Of a stretch of DNA of 64,000 nucleotides, positions 27,101 to 40,049 are shown one piece after another. The DNA lies in the NCBI GenBank assembly GCA_964188305.1, contig OZ076902.1; one strand, written 5' to 3'. Positions within the stretch are counted from its first letter, which is position 1; each line of letters begins with the position of its first letter. The notes under the pieces are model-generated. The model worked only from the letters and a program-made list of their open reading frames with translations, did no database searches and was not told the origin of the DNA. The stretch is from Podarcis bocagei (taxonomy: Eukaryota). The position numbers and the translations under genes were made by a program.

Positions 27101-30100
27101 GAAATGCACAGCCGCCCATTCCTTATATATTGGGGCTCTTATCATGTAACTCATAGATGTAAGTTAGGAAACAACAAGGATCCAGAATGAAGAATTATGT
27201 CCATCTCCCTGCTGCTGTTCTAGATAACTAACCTGCAGTTCTTCTTTCCTCATCCTGGTTCAGGGTGGGGAACCTTTGGCCCTCCGGATGCTGCTGACTG
27301 CCTAGGATATTGGGAGTTATAGCTCAACAACATCTGGACGGTCAAAGGTTCCCCACACATGTCCTAGCCCCGCTGCGTTAATTCTTCTTGGTTGCCTTAT
27401 TAGTATCCTTGATTGAACACCTTTTTGGATTTGCTTCTTGGCAGCTGTAGCTCAGCTGAACAGCAGTAGGTCTTTGGCCCTTGCAAATTTTCCAATCCAT
27501 TTGGTAGCAATGTATTGAGATTCCTGCTCTGGTTTTGGGGAACCGAGCTGTGAGCTTGCATAATATGGCTGCTGCCAAGGATCCTTTGAGACTAGTGGTG
27601 CCATGCGAATGTTTTCTCAGCCCCTGAGACCACATGTCAACAGGTAGTAGAACAGTAGTATTCAGTTTTCCACTGATGCGAGTATATAGGCCCACTTGTA
27701 GAGAGCATGGCTCATTGTCTGTGCCCAGCATTCCTTGGGTTGTGGTCCATGTGCTTCAGCTCAGAGACCTGGTAAAGTAAAATGCACGAGGTTGTTTGGA
27801 AATTGGAAGAGGCTGTCATGGAGCATAACAGTGCTCTTTGTATAGTAGCTGTTACATGCAATGAATCATGCTGTTGTTGAAATAACTTTCTCCATGTCAC
27901 TCAGTGACCTGTTAGAAATATCTGGCTTTCTTAGGGGTGACAGGGAAATCTATATAATTTCTGACCCTGTTGAAGAGCGCCTAGCTCAAAACTTGTTAGG
28001 CACTCAGTTCCCTAATTAAGAACAAAAAACAAAAACCAGCAGTGACTTCTGGTGCTGCACACAAAGAGCCTCATTCAAGTGAGAATTTATTGTTCTACTG
28101 CTTAAAATAGATTCCAGGGGACAGAGTTCCTTGGTGCCCCCTTGCTGTGTGCTAAAGTGGATAGGCAGTCTGAATTTGTTTTTGCATTTTTAAAATAAAT
28201 AAATGATTAGGACTAGAAGTTCTTCTGTGTAATTTTTGTGTTGTGTTGTGTTGCGTGTGTGTGTATAAAAGTTAAAACAAGTCAAAACAGTTTCTTGGTC
28301 GCAGCTGTGGTCCTCACCTGACAACCCAAGTAATGTTCATTCTGCTTCATAGCTTATCACCAGCTGCGAATCATGTGGAATTATGCGAGTCATGTTGGTG
28401 AGATGAAGTAGAATTAAAACACATATTGCTCTTCTGTAATGAAATCTGGGTGTGTATGCTAATCCAAATAGATGAGTGGAAACAAAATTGATACATTGCA
28501 TTGAGAAGCTACTGACTTCTAGAGCATAACATGGTAGTTTAGAAGTATCTGCTTCAGTGTCACCGGGCAAATAATACTGCTGTAATTCTAAGTATTCTGA
28601 GATGCTATTAATTTCCATACTTTTAGTGTGTTTATCTGATCATAGGGAAATGTTTATTAATATAATCATTCTGGTTAAAATTTACACTGCAGTTTAATAC
28701 ACTGATTGGAATATTGAGTCCTGACAAAACTGCTGGCACTTAATGTTGTAATACTAGTTGAAGTTATCCCCATGTGACATCCTGAATTTTGTTTCTGTGC
28801 CTCTTGGCCAGGCAAAAATTAGTGCTCCTGAAGTCACTTGATATTGCACATTGGCAGTAGTAACCTGGGCCCCCAGCATTCATGTTTGGTATGCAAGTTA
28901 GCTGACTAATAGAAAGGGAAACTCAGCTGAGAATATCCAAAGCCTGCCTTTTGGTTTCATTCTAATTTTGTCCTTTGTTTACAATTCAATAGAGAGTCTG
29001 TAAACTTGCCGCTTGTGAGCTCTCAGTAAGTAAAACGGTGTTGCTGTGTAACATTTTACTGCTGCACCTTTGCTTGGAAAAGAATAAACTTGTGTGGCCA
29101 GTGCTCACCTTGCAACACAGGCAGGGGCTGTAATGCATGATGCATTTTGACTGACTGGATAAATTCATGGATCGCATAGCAATAGGAACTTGATGTCCCC
29201 TTTTGAAAAAGCAAACAAAAGGCTCAGTAAACGAAGCAATAAGCTGATGGAATGGTGGCTTTCAAAAGTGTTGACTTATTCATCCATGGGATTGTTTGCA
29301 AATTCAGCAGTGTTACACACTTTGCACATCAAAACTGAATGCCCAGGTTTATTTCTTGGTTGGCTCCATTTAAGGAAAGTGTTTAAATTGTGGCATTTGG
29401 CAAAGCTATGGGAACAGCAGCAGCAGCAAAAGAATTATAATTTGGTTCAAATGTCATAGATTTGAATTGGGACTTCTTGTAAGTTTGTAGTAGGTGCAGT
29501 GCACTAAAATTTAAAGGGTCAAACAAGGGAAGTTTAATGACACAGTGAAACTTATTTCCTGTTCGGTTCAGTTAATATTTAGGATTTTTGCCCCTCTACT
29601 CATGGGCAATAATTTAGTTTCACCAAATGTAGCTCTCTTCATCTGCAATCCATAACAAATTCAGACACATAGCAGGAATATTAACATTTGTTGGAAATCA
29701 TATTTTTTAAATTAAAGGTAATAAACATGCTTAGAGATTTCCCACTGTAAAATGACACTGGTGGGTTTGGATAGCTTTGCATGCTCACTGAAAACAGGCA
29801 GAATGGTTTGTTCATTGTTTTACTGATTCTGCCTTATTAGTGCACTGCTGCCTGACCAAGCATTTTGTGTTTTGGAGGCTGAACTAACTGCACGGATTTG
29901 TGGTGTTCTAAAGCATGACTATTGAACACAAGAAGAATCTGGCCGCTGGATCAGATCAAAAGCCCACCTAGTCCAGCATCCTGTTTTCTGCAGTGGCCAA
30001 CCACATGGCCACACAAACAAGACATGAGTGCTGTAGCCCCTTTCCCCACTATTGTTTCCAGCAGTTGGTATTCACTGCATGCAGCCTCTAACCCTGGAGG

Positions 30101-33100
30101 TAGTTCCTAGCTGTCGGCATTCTCCTTCCTGATCTTGCCTGGTAGAAAGGCAAATGGAATTCACAGGTCAAGGTGAGGCAGAATGCTTGGCAATATGAGA
30201 TGAAGGAAAGTTATATTCCAATAGTCCCCCCCCCCCCCGGAAGCAAATGCTCCACTTTTCATAGAGAATACTGTGGAAGGCTGTATTTAATAAAGGAGGG
30301 TTGTTTAGAGCGAAAGAGAGAAGGGGAACAGATGGAGGCAAGGAACAGGGCGGGAGAAAAAATAAGGAGGGCAGTAGGAAACATCTATTTGAACTAATAA
30401 GTGATAAAGAGGAGGTTTTAATATGATAATCTTGGTAAGGAAGTTTCAGCTCCGCAACTGTGATCTTGGAAAGGTTCAAGGAAGGGTACACAGGGAGAGG
30501 CTGATGCACAGCACAAATTCTTGAAGCAGCCCAGGTTCCAGAGTAGGACAAAAATGTGAGGAAAGTCTTTGACTTGATGGAGAGCTTGGGTTCGTTTGGT
30601 CACAAGGTTTCTGAACAGAAATTTTCAAGTCCCCTCTTACTATTTTATTTTATTTTATTTTTGGTCCCCTAGCATGAAACCTTGGTCTATTGTCCATTGC
30701 CACCCTCTTTATGCTTGTAGCAGTATTGACGCCAGCCTAGTTCCATCTCAAGCCAACAGCTCAGGATGTGGGAATATTTGTTTGTTTGTTTGCTTACTGC
30801 TGTATCATAAAAATGTATCACAGTGGTTTGCAACAATATAAAAACATAAAACCAAACAATAAAATCATAAGCAGTTAAAAACAAAAGCAGAAAGAAATTA
30901 AAAGCAAACATCAGTAGGCCATTATGGAGGACGTACTCCATAATGCCTGGCAGAATAGAATAATTTTCAGCAGGTTTTTAAAAGTTGGCACAGGTGCCTG
31001 TTTATGGTGCCTGCCCCCCAGCAACATTGCCCTGCTCTGTCTTTGCACAGATAATGCATTCCAGGGACCCTGGAGCCATGGTGATTGGAGCCCATAGGGG
31101 CTTCCAAGGTGGAAGTCAGGGAGACCAACATTAGGTGGAGCCAGCAAATTTTAGTTTTGCCTCTTCCCTGCTGGGTTCTGCAGTGCCAACTTCAACCAAG
31201 GAGGAGGAAGTAGCCAGCTGGAACCAGCCCCAGTAGGAAGGCAAAGCAGATGGGGGCTGGCTGAAGTAGAGTGAGATTGGTGGTCCAGTGCCCTGTTTGG
31301 CTTAATGGACCAGCCTCCACTGGCCTTGAGGCAATGCTGTTGCTTGGTCTCTCTGCCTGCCCCCATTGCACATGGGCCTTCTCCTGTTCAACGGGTGTGC
31401 ACCTTCTGCCCAATCAGAAGTTCACGGCTGCCAAGAGACAGAAGTGATAAACTTGCTTAACAGCTCATATAATGGACATAATTATGGTGAGTTGGTCCAT
31501 ATATTATAGTGATTGCTAGTGGGGTGTAGTTGAGAATACAGCATAGTTTCTGTAGGGTTTCTGTCGGCAGAAGCCGTATCAAGACTGATTGACCCATTTC
31601 TACATATTGATATAGGTGTGGTGTTTTATTTATCAGTTGTGAGTTAAAGGCTGGTGTTTACTCTAAAAGGAAGCAGTGCTGAATTTGGGGATACTGTTGA
31701 AGTGGAGGCACGGGAGAATCCAGTATCAGAATTGTGAAGGGCAGAGTTTCCCCTTATCCCAACATTTGCTCTATAGAGAATTCGCCCTCCCTCCCGCCCC
31801 AAGGAGTGAATGAAGGTAAAACAGGAGTAGAAGAAGGTAAAACAGGAGTGTGGTTGTTTCTTAGGTTTGGAGATGAGAAAGGTGCACTGCACAAGAAGTA
31901 TTGCATGACCAAACCATATAAGCTGGAGAACTGTCTCCGATGTTTGAGAGAAATGTAGTTCTCTTTTCCTGTAGAATTGTTGCTGCTTTAAACATGGAAC
32001 TTGAGTGATCGCCTTAAAATGTGCTTTATAAGTACCATAAACATAAAGCACATTTTAAGGAAGGCAAGTGTATATCTCTTACATTTGTGTAACATTTCTT
32101 GCATCTGGTGAAGTGTAACCCAGTCCATGAAAACTTAAATGCTATAATAAATGTGTTCGCCTTTAAGATGCCACAAAATAGGAGTCTGTTTATGCTGTGT
32201 CATAATTACACATGTTCCTTTTCCATGACTCAACTGTACCTGTTCATATGGGAAGAAAATGAGGGACAATAGTCTAATAAATCATTATATTAAATGCTGT
32301 GAAACTGTGTCAGCCTTTTTTAAGCAAGGTCATTTAATCTTTTTAATCACAGGTTCCATTGCAGCTTATAGAGAGTGTTGAATGCCGGGATATATTTCAG
32401 CTTCACTTGACTTGTAAGGACTGCAAAGTTATCAGGTATGTGTGTATATATACATATAAATTATCCTGATGGTTGTACACGTTACACTATTACAAGGAAG
32501 CATGGCCTGCTAAAGATTGGTATCAGTGCCCTGTTTAATAATTATTACTTGGTCTCATGACTGGGCAACGTTTTCCCCCTTGTCTTGTATCAATAGAACA
32601 TTGACAATCCACTGTAGCAGTTTAACTTTTCAGTTGAAGGCATGCATTTGCAGGAGTATAACAAATTATCCATCTCCATCAATTGTGGGTGCCTCAGATT
32701 AACTGAAACAGCTTATTTCATTGTGTGTTCATTTTCACGTTATTGTTATTGTTGTTGTTATTATTTATTACATTTGTGTACCACACCTCGTCCAAAGATC
32801 ACAGGGCGATTCACAACATAAAAACACAAAATAAGAAAATACGTAATAAAAAACAAAAACCAATAACCCCACCATCATGAACTTTAAAAAGGTCATTGGA
32901 TGTTTAATCAGGCAAAGGCTTAGTTATAGAGAAATGATTTTGCCTGGCACTTAATGAAGGCACCAGGCGAGCCTCCCTGGAGGGGAGCAGGCCACAGATG
33001 GGAAGCCACTGTAGAAAAGGCCTGTTCTCATTTATCATTTGCATGATTTTGCTTCTTGCTGCCAGAGGTGGTGATGGCCTTTCTTCAAATTAAAAAAAAA

Positions 33101-36100
33101 AGTATTTAGATAGCTTTGGCTATGGTCTGAAGGTTTATGCAAAGAACCCTAGATGGATGAGGTAATGATATTAACTTTGCATTTTTGCGTACTAGAGTTC
33201 ACTTGTAAAATATATGCAGTGCAGCTTTTGAAGCCAAATGCCAGTGTGTTCTCTCTTCTTCTCTGCTTTGAAGCTAAACTTTCATTGGATTCTGTGGCTT
33301 GGATCTCTCTGGGTGAGAATGAATAGATTTTTATCTGGCTTAATTTTTTTTTAAATTTTTTTTACAGATGTCAGTTCTCTACTTTTGAGCAGTGTCAAGA
33401 GTGGCTTAAACGGCTGAACAATGCCATCCGCCCTCCTTCAAAGATAGAGGATCTCTTTTCATTTGCTTACCACGCCTGGTGTATGGAGGTGTATGCTAGT
33501 GAAAAAGAACAGCATGGTGATTTGTGTCGACCAGGTATGATGCAGACATTCTTTGTGTAGCTGTAGAGATAAAGGAGCTTGTTCCAGTTGATTGAGGTGC
33601 TGGTGGATTTTTGCCTCTGAAAAGTTTCAAGGTTAAGGGAGTGAAGGGTTTAATGGATAGGTTTTAAAGCTGCCACTATTCAGTTGCCTTTTTTGTTGTT
33701 GTTCATTGTTTGTGGCTGCTTTCTCCAACATACAGCTTTCCTGCTATTTTTAATATTATCTATGGGCTTCTTCATAGGCAGTTCAAGCCAATTGCATATT
33801 ACATAAGCAGCATTAGGATGCCATGTCAATCAGTCATGACTATGGGATGCCATAATGGGATGCCACAAAGCCAAATCAAAGCAAGGACAATGACTTTGGC
33901 CTTCTTTCATAATGGGTGAATATTCTGGCCTCATTTTGCAGACCCTCTGGACCAACAAGCTGAAATGGAGAGAAGGCTTTTTGTGGTAATAAAGTGCTTC
34001 CTCCTCTCTTTTGACATAGTCCTATAACGTATGCATGTGCAGAAACAAAAATTTTTTATTACACTTTATGCCGTTACTGTAGAAGGTCATCAGGTTGGGT
34101 TATGGCTCCACCTTCTTATAGTAATGGAGAACTGCCTTTCAGGTGAGAGCCAACAGTTCTTTCTGCTAATGCCATCTTCATAATAGAAACAGCCCGTTAC
34201 GATGCAAATGATGTTTCACTTATTCTTGCTCTTCCAAATTCACATTGATATATGCAGTTCTCTGCAGAGCAGAATTCTTGAATTCAAACTCTTACTCAGT
34301 TGAGAGTTGACCAGAATTATACAGTGGTATGAAGATGCTGCTGAGAAGAGCTGTCAGTATTGCAGTTTTCTGGCATAGATCAAGAGAGCTTTGCTCCTGC
34401 ACAATGATCAGTGAAAACTTTGGACCTGATCCACAGTCAGAGGGGTTTTACCATATTCAGGGAAGCTTACTTAACCCCTCCCAAACAGAAAGGGGACTTA
34501 GCTCTAACTGCAAGTCATCCTTAGACCAGTGTTTCCCAACCTTTTTTGGGCAAAGGCACACTTGTTTGATGAAAAAAATCTCGAGGCACACCACCATTAC
34601 AGCCCCGTGACGTCAGCGCGCAGCGTCACGCCGGGAGGGACGCACGAAAGTGTAAGCTTCAATTTTTTTCCCTCCCCCTTGCCGGGGAACCTCCAAGCTT
34701 TGGGGGTGGGGGGGGGAGGAGGCAGCAAAGCGAGGCAGGAAGGAGAGCGCGGCTTGGCTGGGTGAGCTTTGGCAGGGGCAGGGAATGAGAGCCGCGAGGC
34801 GGGCGCTGCGGACGGAGGCGCTGCCCGCCGAGCTCGCAGGCAGCCAGGCAGGCAGACGGCGAGAGCCCCGCGCTGGGCGGCCTCTCCTCGCCGCCGCCGC
34901 CCCGCCTCTCGCCGCCCGACTCGCCCGCCTCCCTCCAGGCAACATCTCGCGGCACACCAGGCAACATCTCGCGGCACACTAGTGTGCCGCGGAACAGTGG
35001 TTGGGAAACACTGCCTTAGACCATAGAATTGAAGTGAAGCACACTCTTGGCCCCATCCGTTGGTCAGCGGAAAGTTGGTATGTGTGTCATCTCATGACCC
35101 TGAGATTAAGAGAGTCATGCTCTTCCAACTGAGCTACTAGTGCAGGATATTTGCAGCTATTAAAGAACCAGCTTTTCCCCCAGCGAATGTTTACAAATTG
35201 TCTTTTGCTTGTGGAGTAGCATCATGTGTTCCTCAAACAGACCAGCCTAATTGTACAACGTGATAATAAAATTTGTCTGAGCGCTTTTTTTACAAAGGGA
35301 AGAAGTGCATTGAAACTAGAATGGGGCAGGCAAATACCAACCAGTCTTTAAGGGGCCTTAGCTTAACTGGTCTTCAGCTAATAATCAGGAAACAACTGAT
35401 TATTAACCTATCACTGTGTGCAGAGCCAATTAAAATAACATGATACTGCTAAAGATGGTTACTGAATTTAGATTTTCATGGTTGGCATAAGCAAAGCAGA
35501 TTTTCTACTGTTATAATTTCTTGACGCGGGTGGCGCTGTGGGTTAAACCACAGAGCCTAGGACTTGCTGATCAGAAGGTCGGCGGTTCGAATCCCCACAA
35601 CGGGGTGAGCTCCCATTGCTCGGTCCCTGCTCCTGCCAACCTAGCAGTTCGAAAGCACGTCAAAGTGCAAGTAGATAAATACTGTATTTTTCGCTCCATT
35701 GGACGCACCCAACCATAAGGCGCATCTAGTTTTTAGAGGAGGAAAACAAGGAAAAAATATTCTGAATCAAATGTTGTATAAACTACTGTATTTAATAAAC
35801 AACCGGTATATCAGAATCACATTACAGCCATGTAAAGTGAACAGCAGTCAACAATGGCATTAAGAACCACCATCACTGTCATTAACAAATGAAGAGAGGC
35901 TTTAAGGTTTGAGTACTCTTCTAGTCTTCTGTGAACCCCAAGAGCTCATCACTGCTAAAGTCAGAATTTATGAAGCTCAGTTGCTCACAGTCACTGACAT
36001 CACTTTCTTCGCTATCTTCATGTAAAATACCATTTTCGTATCCATCCAAAGCATTGCTAATGCCACATTTTTTCCTCTCAATCCTCTTCCTCCCCTCTCT

Positions 36101-39100
36101 CAGCGAACAGCCTGCCAGCTGCTTGCAAACATTCCCTTTACTTGAATTACAGTCAAGAAACAGCCAAGCAGAGCGTCTCAGCGGCAGGCTTGGGAGGCTT
36201 TCCTTTTCCCCACTTTTTTCTCTCCCCCCCCCCCAAGCAGAACAGTCCCCTTTTCCAGCCTCCTCCTCTCCATCCCTTTCACCCAAACTCCTCAGGTGAC
36301 GTCTACAATTTCTCCCCTTCACTGGTCCCTCTCCTTTGCCCTCTACCATGACTCTCCACTCACGGCAACCTATGGTACCTCATCTCCCTTCACCCAGCTT
36401 CTTGGTCCCCCTTCTCTCCATCCTCTTCCTCCCCTCTCTCAGTGAACAGCCTGCCCGCTGCTCCAAACCTTGAGGGGAAGGGCAGGCTGCTGGCAGAGCA
36501 GCACCCCCCGCCCCCATTCAGCAGCCCAGGAGTGCGGGGCATGGGCGCACAGCCCTCCCCTTGCTCCAAAGCTTCCCGGGGCTGCAGGGGGAAGCCGAGG
36601 CTGCCGGCAGGGGAGCGTGGCTCCACCACCACTACCAAAGACCAGTCCAAGAGTGTGCCGCACTCCGGCAATTTGGCTCCAGGGACCACACATTCGCTCC
36701 ATAGGACGCACAGACATTTCCCCTTACTTTTTAAGAGTAAAAAAGTGTGTCCAATGGTGCGAAGAATACGGTAGGTACCGCTACAGCGGGAAGGTAAATG
36801 GCGTTTCCGTGCGCTGCTCTGGTTCGCCAGAAGCGGCTTAGTCATGCTGACCACATGACCCGGAAGCTGTATGCTGGCTCCCTCGGATGAGTGCCGCAAC
36901 CCCAGAGTCGGCCACGACTGGACCTAATGGTTAGGGATCCCTTTACCTTTACCTAATTTCTTGACAAAATCACTGGGGCCATCTCATATTAAGTTCTTTT
37001 CATTCTACTATTGTCTTCTTTTGTTGTAGGAGAACATGTAAGTTCGAGATTTAAAAATGAGGTTGAACGGATGGGTTTTGATATGAACAATGCCTGGAGG
37101 ATCTCCAACATCAACGAGAAGTACAAGTAAGTTCTGTGGATGTTTGCAGACAGCTGGCAGCAGCCTAACTTTTATTGAAGTAGGCATTTTGGAGCAGAGC
37201 ATATCATAGCCCTTGCTGTGGTTGGATGCACTTGTAGATCCTGGTACTGCTGATGGTTTGGAACTGAGCGGGTGGGGTTTCTTAGTAGCCTTAAAGCTCT
37301 GAAAAGCAAAGTGATAGAGCACCCTATGTAGCTGCCATTTTGTAGTTCTGTTTCTCAACATCCATGAAACAGGCCTGCAGTGGTGTATGCAGACACTGCT
37401 ATCTGTCATCTAGCCTCAGAGGGCTGCTAAAATGAATAGTGCAAGCTACCTAAACACTTTGGGTCTCCTGTCCAGTTGCTTCCTGGCCTTAAAAGACCCA
37501 GGAGCATCCGAGAATAAACAAGCAGCAAGGTTGGGTCATGTAATACAGTGGTGCCCCGCAAGACGAATGCCTCGCAAGACGGAAAACTCGCTAGACGAAA
37601 GAGTTTTCCGTTTTGGAGGTGCTTCGCAAAACGAATCTCCTATGGGCTTGCTTCGCAAGACGACAATGTCTTGAGAGTTCCTGCTGGTTTTCCCCCCCTT
37701 CCCCCCCCTTTTCTACGCCGCTAAGCCGCTTATCAGCTGATCCGATCAGCAGATAAGCCGCTAAAAGCCGCTAATAGCGCTAAGCCGCTTATCAGCTGAT
37801 CCAATCAGCAGATAAGCCTCTAAAAGCCTCTAATAGCGCTAATCCGCTAATCCTTCAATGGGCTTGCTTTGCAAGACGAAAAAAACCGCTAGACGAAGAG
37901 AATCACAGAACGGATTCTTTTCGTCTTGCGAGGCACCACTGTATAAGGCTGCGTCTGGCAACTTGGATACCATAGTTGCTCTCCCTAGGCGAGTGCTAAA
38001 TTATAAGATTGCTCTGTTCTTGAGAAAGTAGTGCTCACAAAGGACTGTGGAATAAGGGAAGACAAGGAAAGAATACTTTGCACCTTGAGCGTCTATGTTG
38101 GAAGGGTGCTAACAGCTTGTCAAGGAAGGAAACCAATGCTGTGACTATACATGCATGGCTTTAAAAAAATGTCCTCCTTTTTCCACACAGGCTCTGTAGC
38201 AGCTACCCTCAAGAACTCATAGTTCCTGTTTGGATCACAGACAAAGAGCTGGAAAGTGTGGCAGGATTCCGATCTTGGAAACGCATCCCTGCTGTGGTTT
38301 ATAGGTGAGGCCTGAACTGAAGCACCTACTAAATTGAATGTAAAGTGGTGTGTGCTTTTTATCACCTTGCCAGATGCTTAATCAGCAGCTTGGCAACTAT
38401 GCTGAACTACAAAACTGGCACCATTGATCTTTCACTTGCATTTCCTTGGGCTGTGGAGCATTGACCCCAGATGCTCAGCTGTAAGCTAAGCTGGCTGGGT
38501 CTTGTTCCTTGAGTCACTCCAGCTAGCCCTGCTGCAAAGCCCACAAGCCCTTCAAGATGTGTAGGAATGATTGGATAAATGGTGGTTGTCTCTGTAGTCC
38601 AACAGTTGTGAAATGGTCTCCCCAGGGAAGCCCATCTGTTTCTCTGATTATAACCTTTTTGGCATCAGGTGCAAAATATTCTACCTTTTAATTTTACTCT
38701 TATGTTTTGGTGTATTTAAACCTGGGCACATTGCTTTCCTTTTAATGATTTTGAGGCCGGTTTTTATAATAATTATCTTGCTGGTCTGTTTTCAGTTGTT
38801 TTTTTTGGTCCTGATTTTGCACTGAATTCCGAGTTTTTATGTCATTTGTTTTGAGAAATGCTTTATTGACTGGATTTTATTTGATTTATTTGTAAACTGC
38901 CCAGGGGACTTTGTTTGACGAGCAGTCTAGAAATGTAATAATAATAGTTGGCTACATGGGTTGTTTTGGAACACGGCACAGGTTATGTAAAACTATAGAT
39001 GGGCTTCACGGACTGCCTGTTTCTGAACAAAAGGCACATCTAAAGTACTGAAGCTGCTGATCATCATTAACTTTGGCAGTTTGTCAGTGATCTCTCTTTA

Positions 39101-40006
39101 GGATTAAACAGGCAGCCTCCCAGTTCTAGACATCTCTGCATTATAGACATTTTATATGCGTCAACAAAAAACTGGTTGAAATTCTGACCCTGGTATAAGT
39201 GGTGATAGATCTATTGGTTCAGTTACTTTGAAACTTGTTTCTTGAGCATTCTGACACAAATCTCTTTAAATCCTAACTTCATTTTTTTTACTGCGTTTTG
39301 ATTACAAACGATTCATTCTATTCTATTCTATGATTCAAATGAAATTCAGTATGAAATACTGTTTTCAGACGGCATACATTAGAATGCCCTATGAAACAGT
39401 ATTTCATAGAAAGCATTTCTGCTTTAGAAAGTCAAAACTACTTTTGGAATTCTACAGTAAGGTGGCAATTCCTATGTCACTGTGCATTTGCTCTAGCATT
39501 ACCTGCACTTAGGGCCCTATTGTGATGGCTACTTACTGTTAGCTGTTTCATTTCTGTTTCCTACAGGCATCAGGGCAATGGGGCGGTCATTTCCCGTTGT
39601 GGGCAGCCAGAGGTCAGCTGGTGGGGTTGGAGAAATGCTGATGACGAACATCTTGTCCAGTCAGTGGCCAAAGCTTGTGCCTCAGATTCCAAGTCTAATA
39701 GCAGTAAACTAGTGAATGGAAACTGTTCAAGAGATTTCTCCAATGGAGGAGACCTCTCTGATGTAGAATTTGGTAAGTTTGATTATCTCTTTGTTTCTCA
39801 AATATTGCATTTTGGAGTCTCCATAGAGTTCAAATGGCAGTTTCCCCCCTGATAGGGATTTCAGCCTTTTGCCTGCAACTCTTGTGTGTAGGACGCCTGG
39901 ATGCCTGCTCTGCCTTGGAGGGGGTGGGGGTGGGGGGGAAGGATAGCCAGGGTGCCACTTATGTCATTGATGGGTCATAACTTAGGGGTAGAGCATCTGC
40001 TTTTCA

Positions 40007-40049
<43 letters not shown>

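Noticed and set aside
34529-35026. Overlapping 65-126 aa ORFs
   Set aside because: All lie in the GC-rich MITE interior; no transposase or other motifs.
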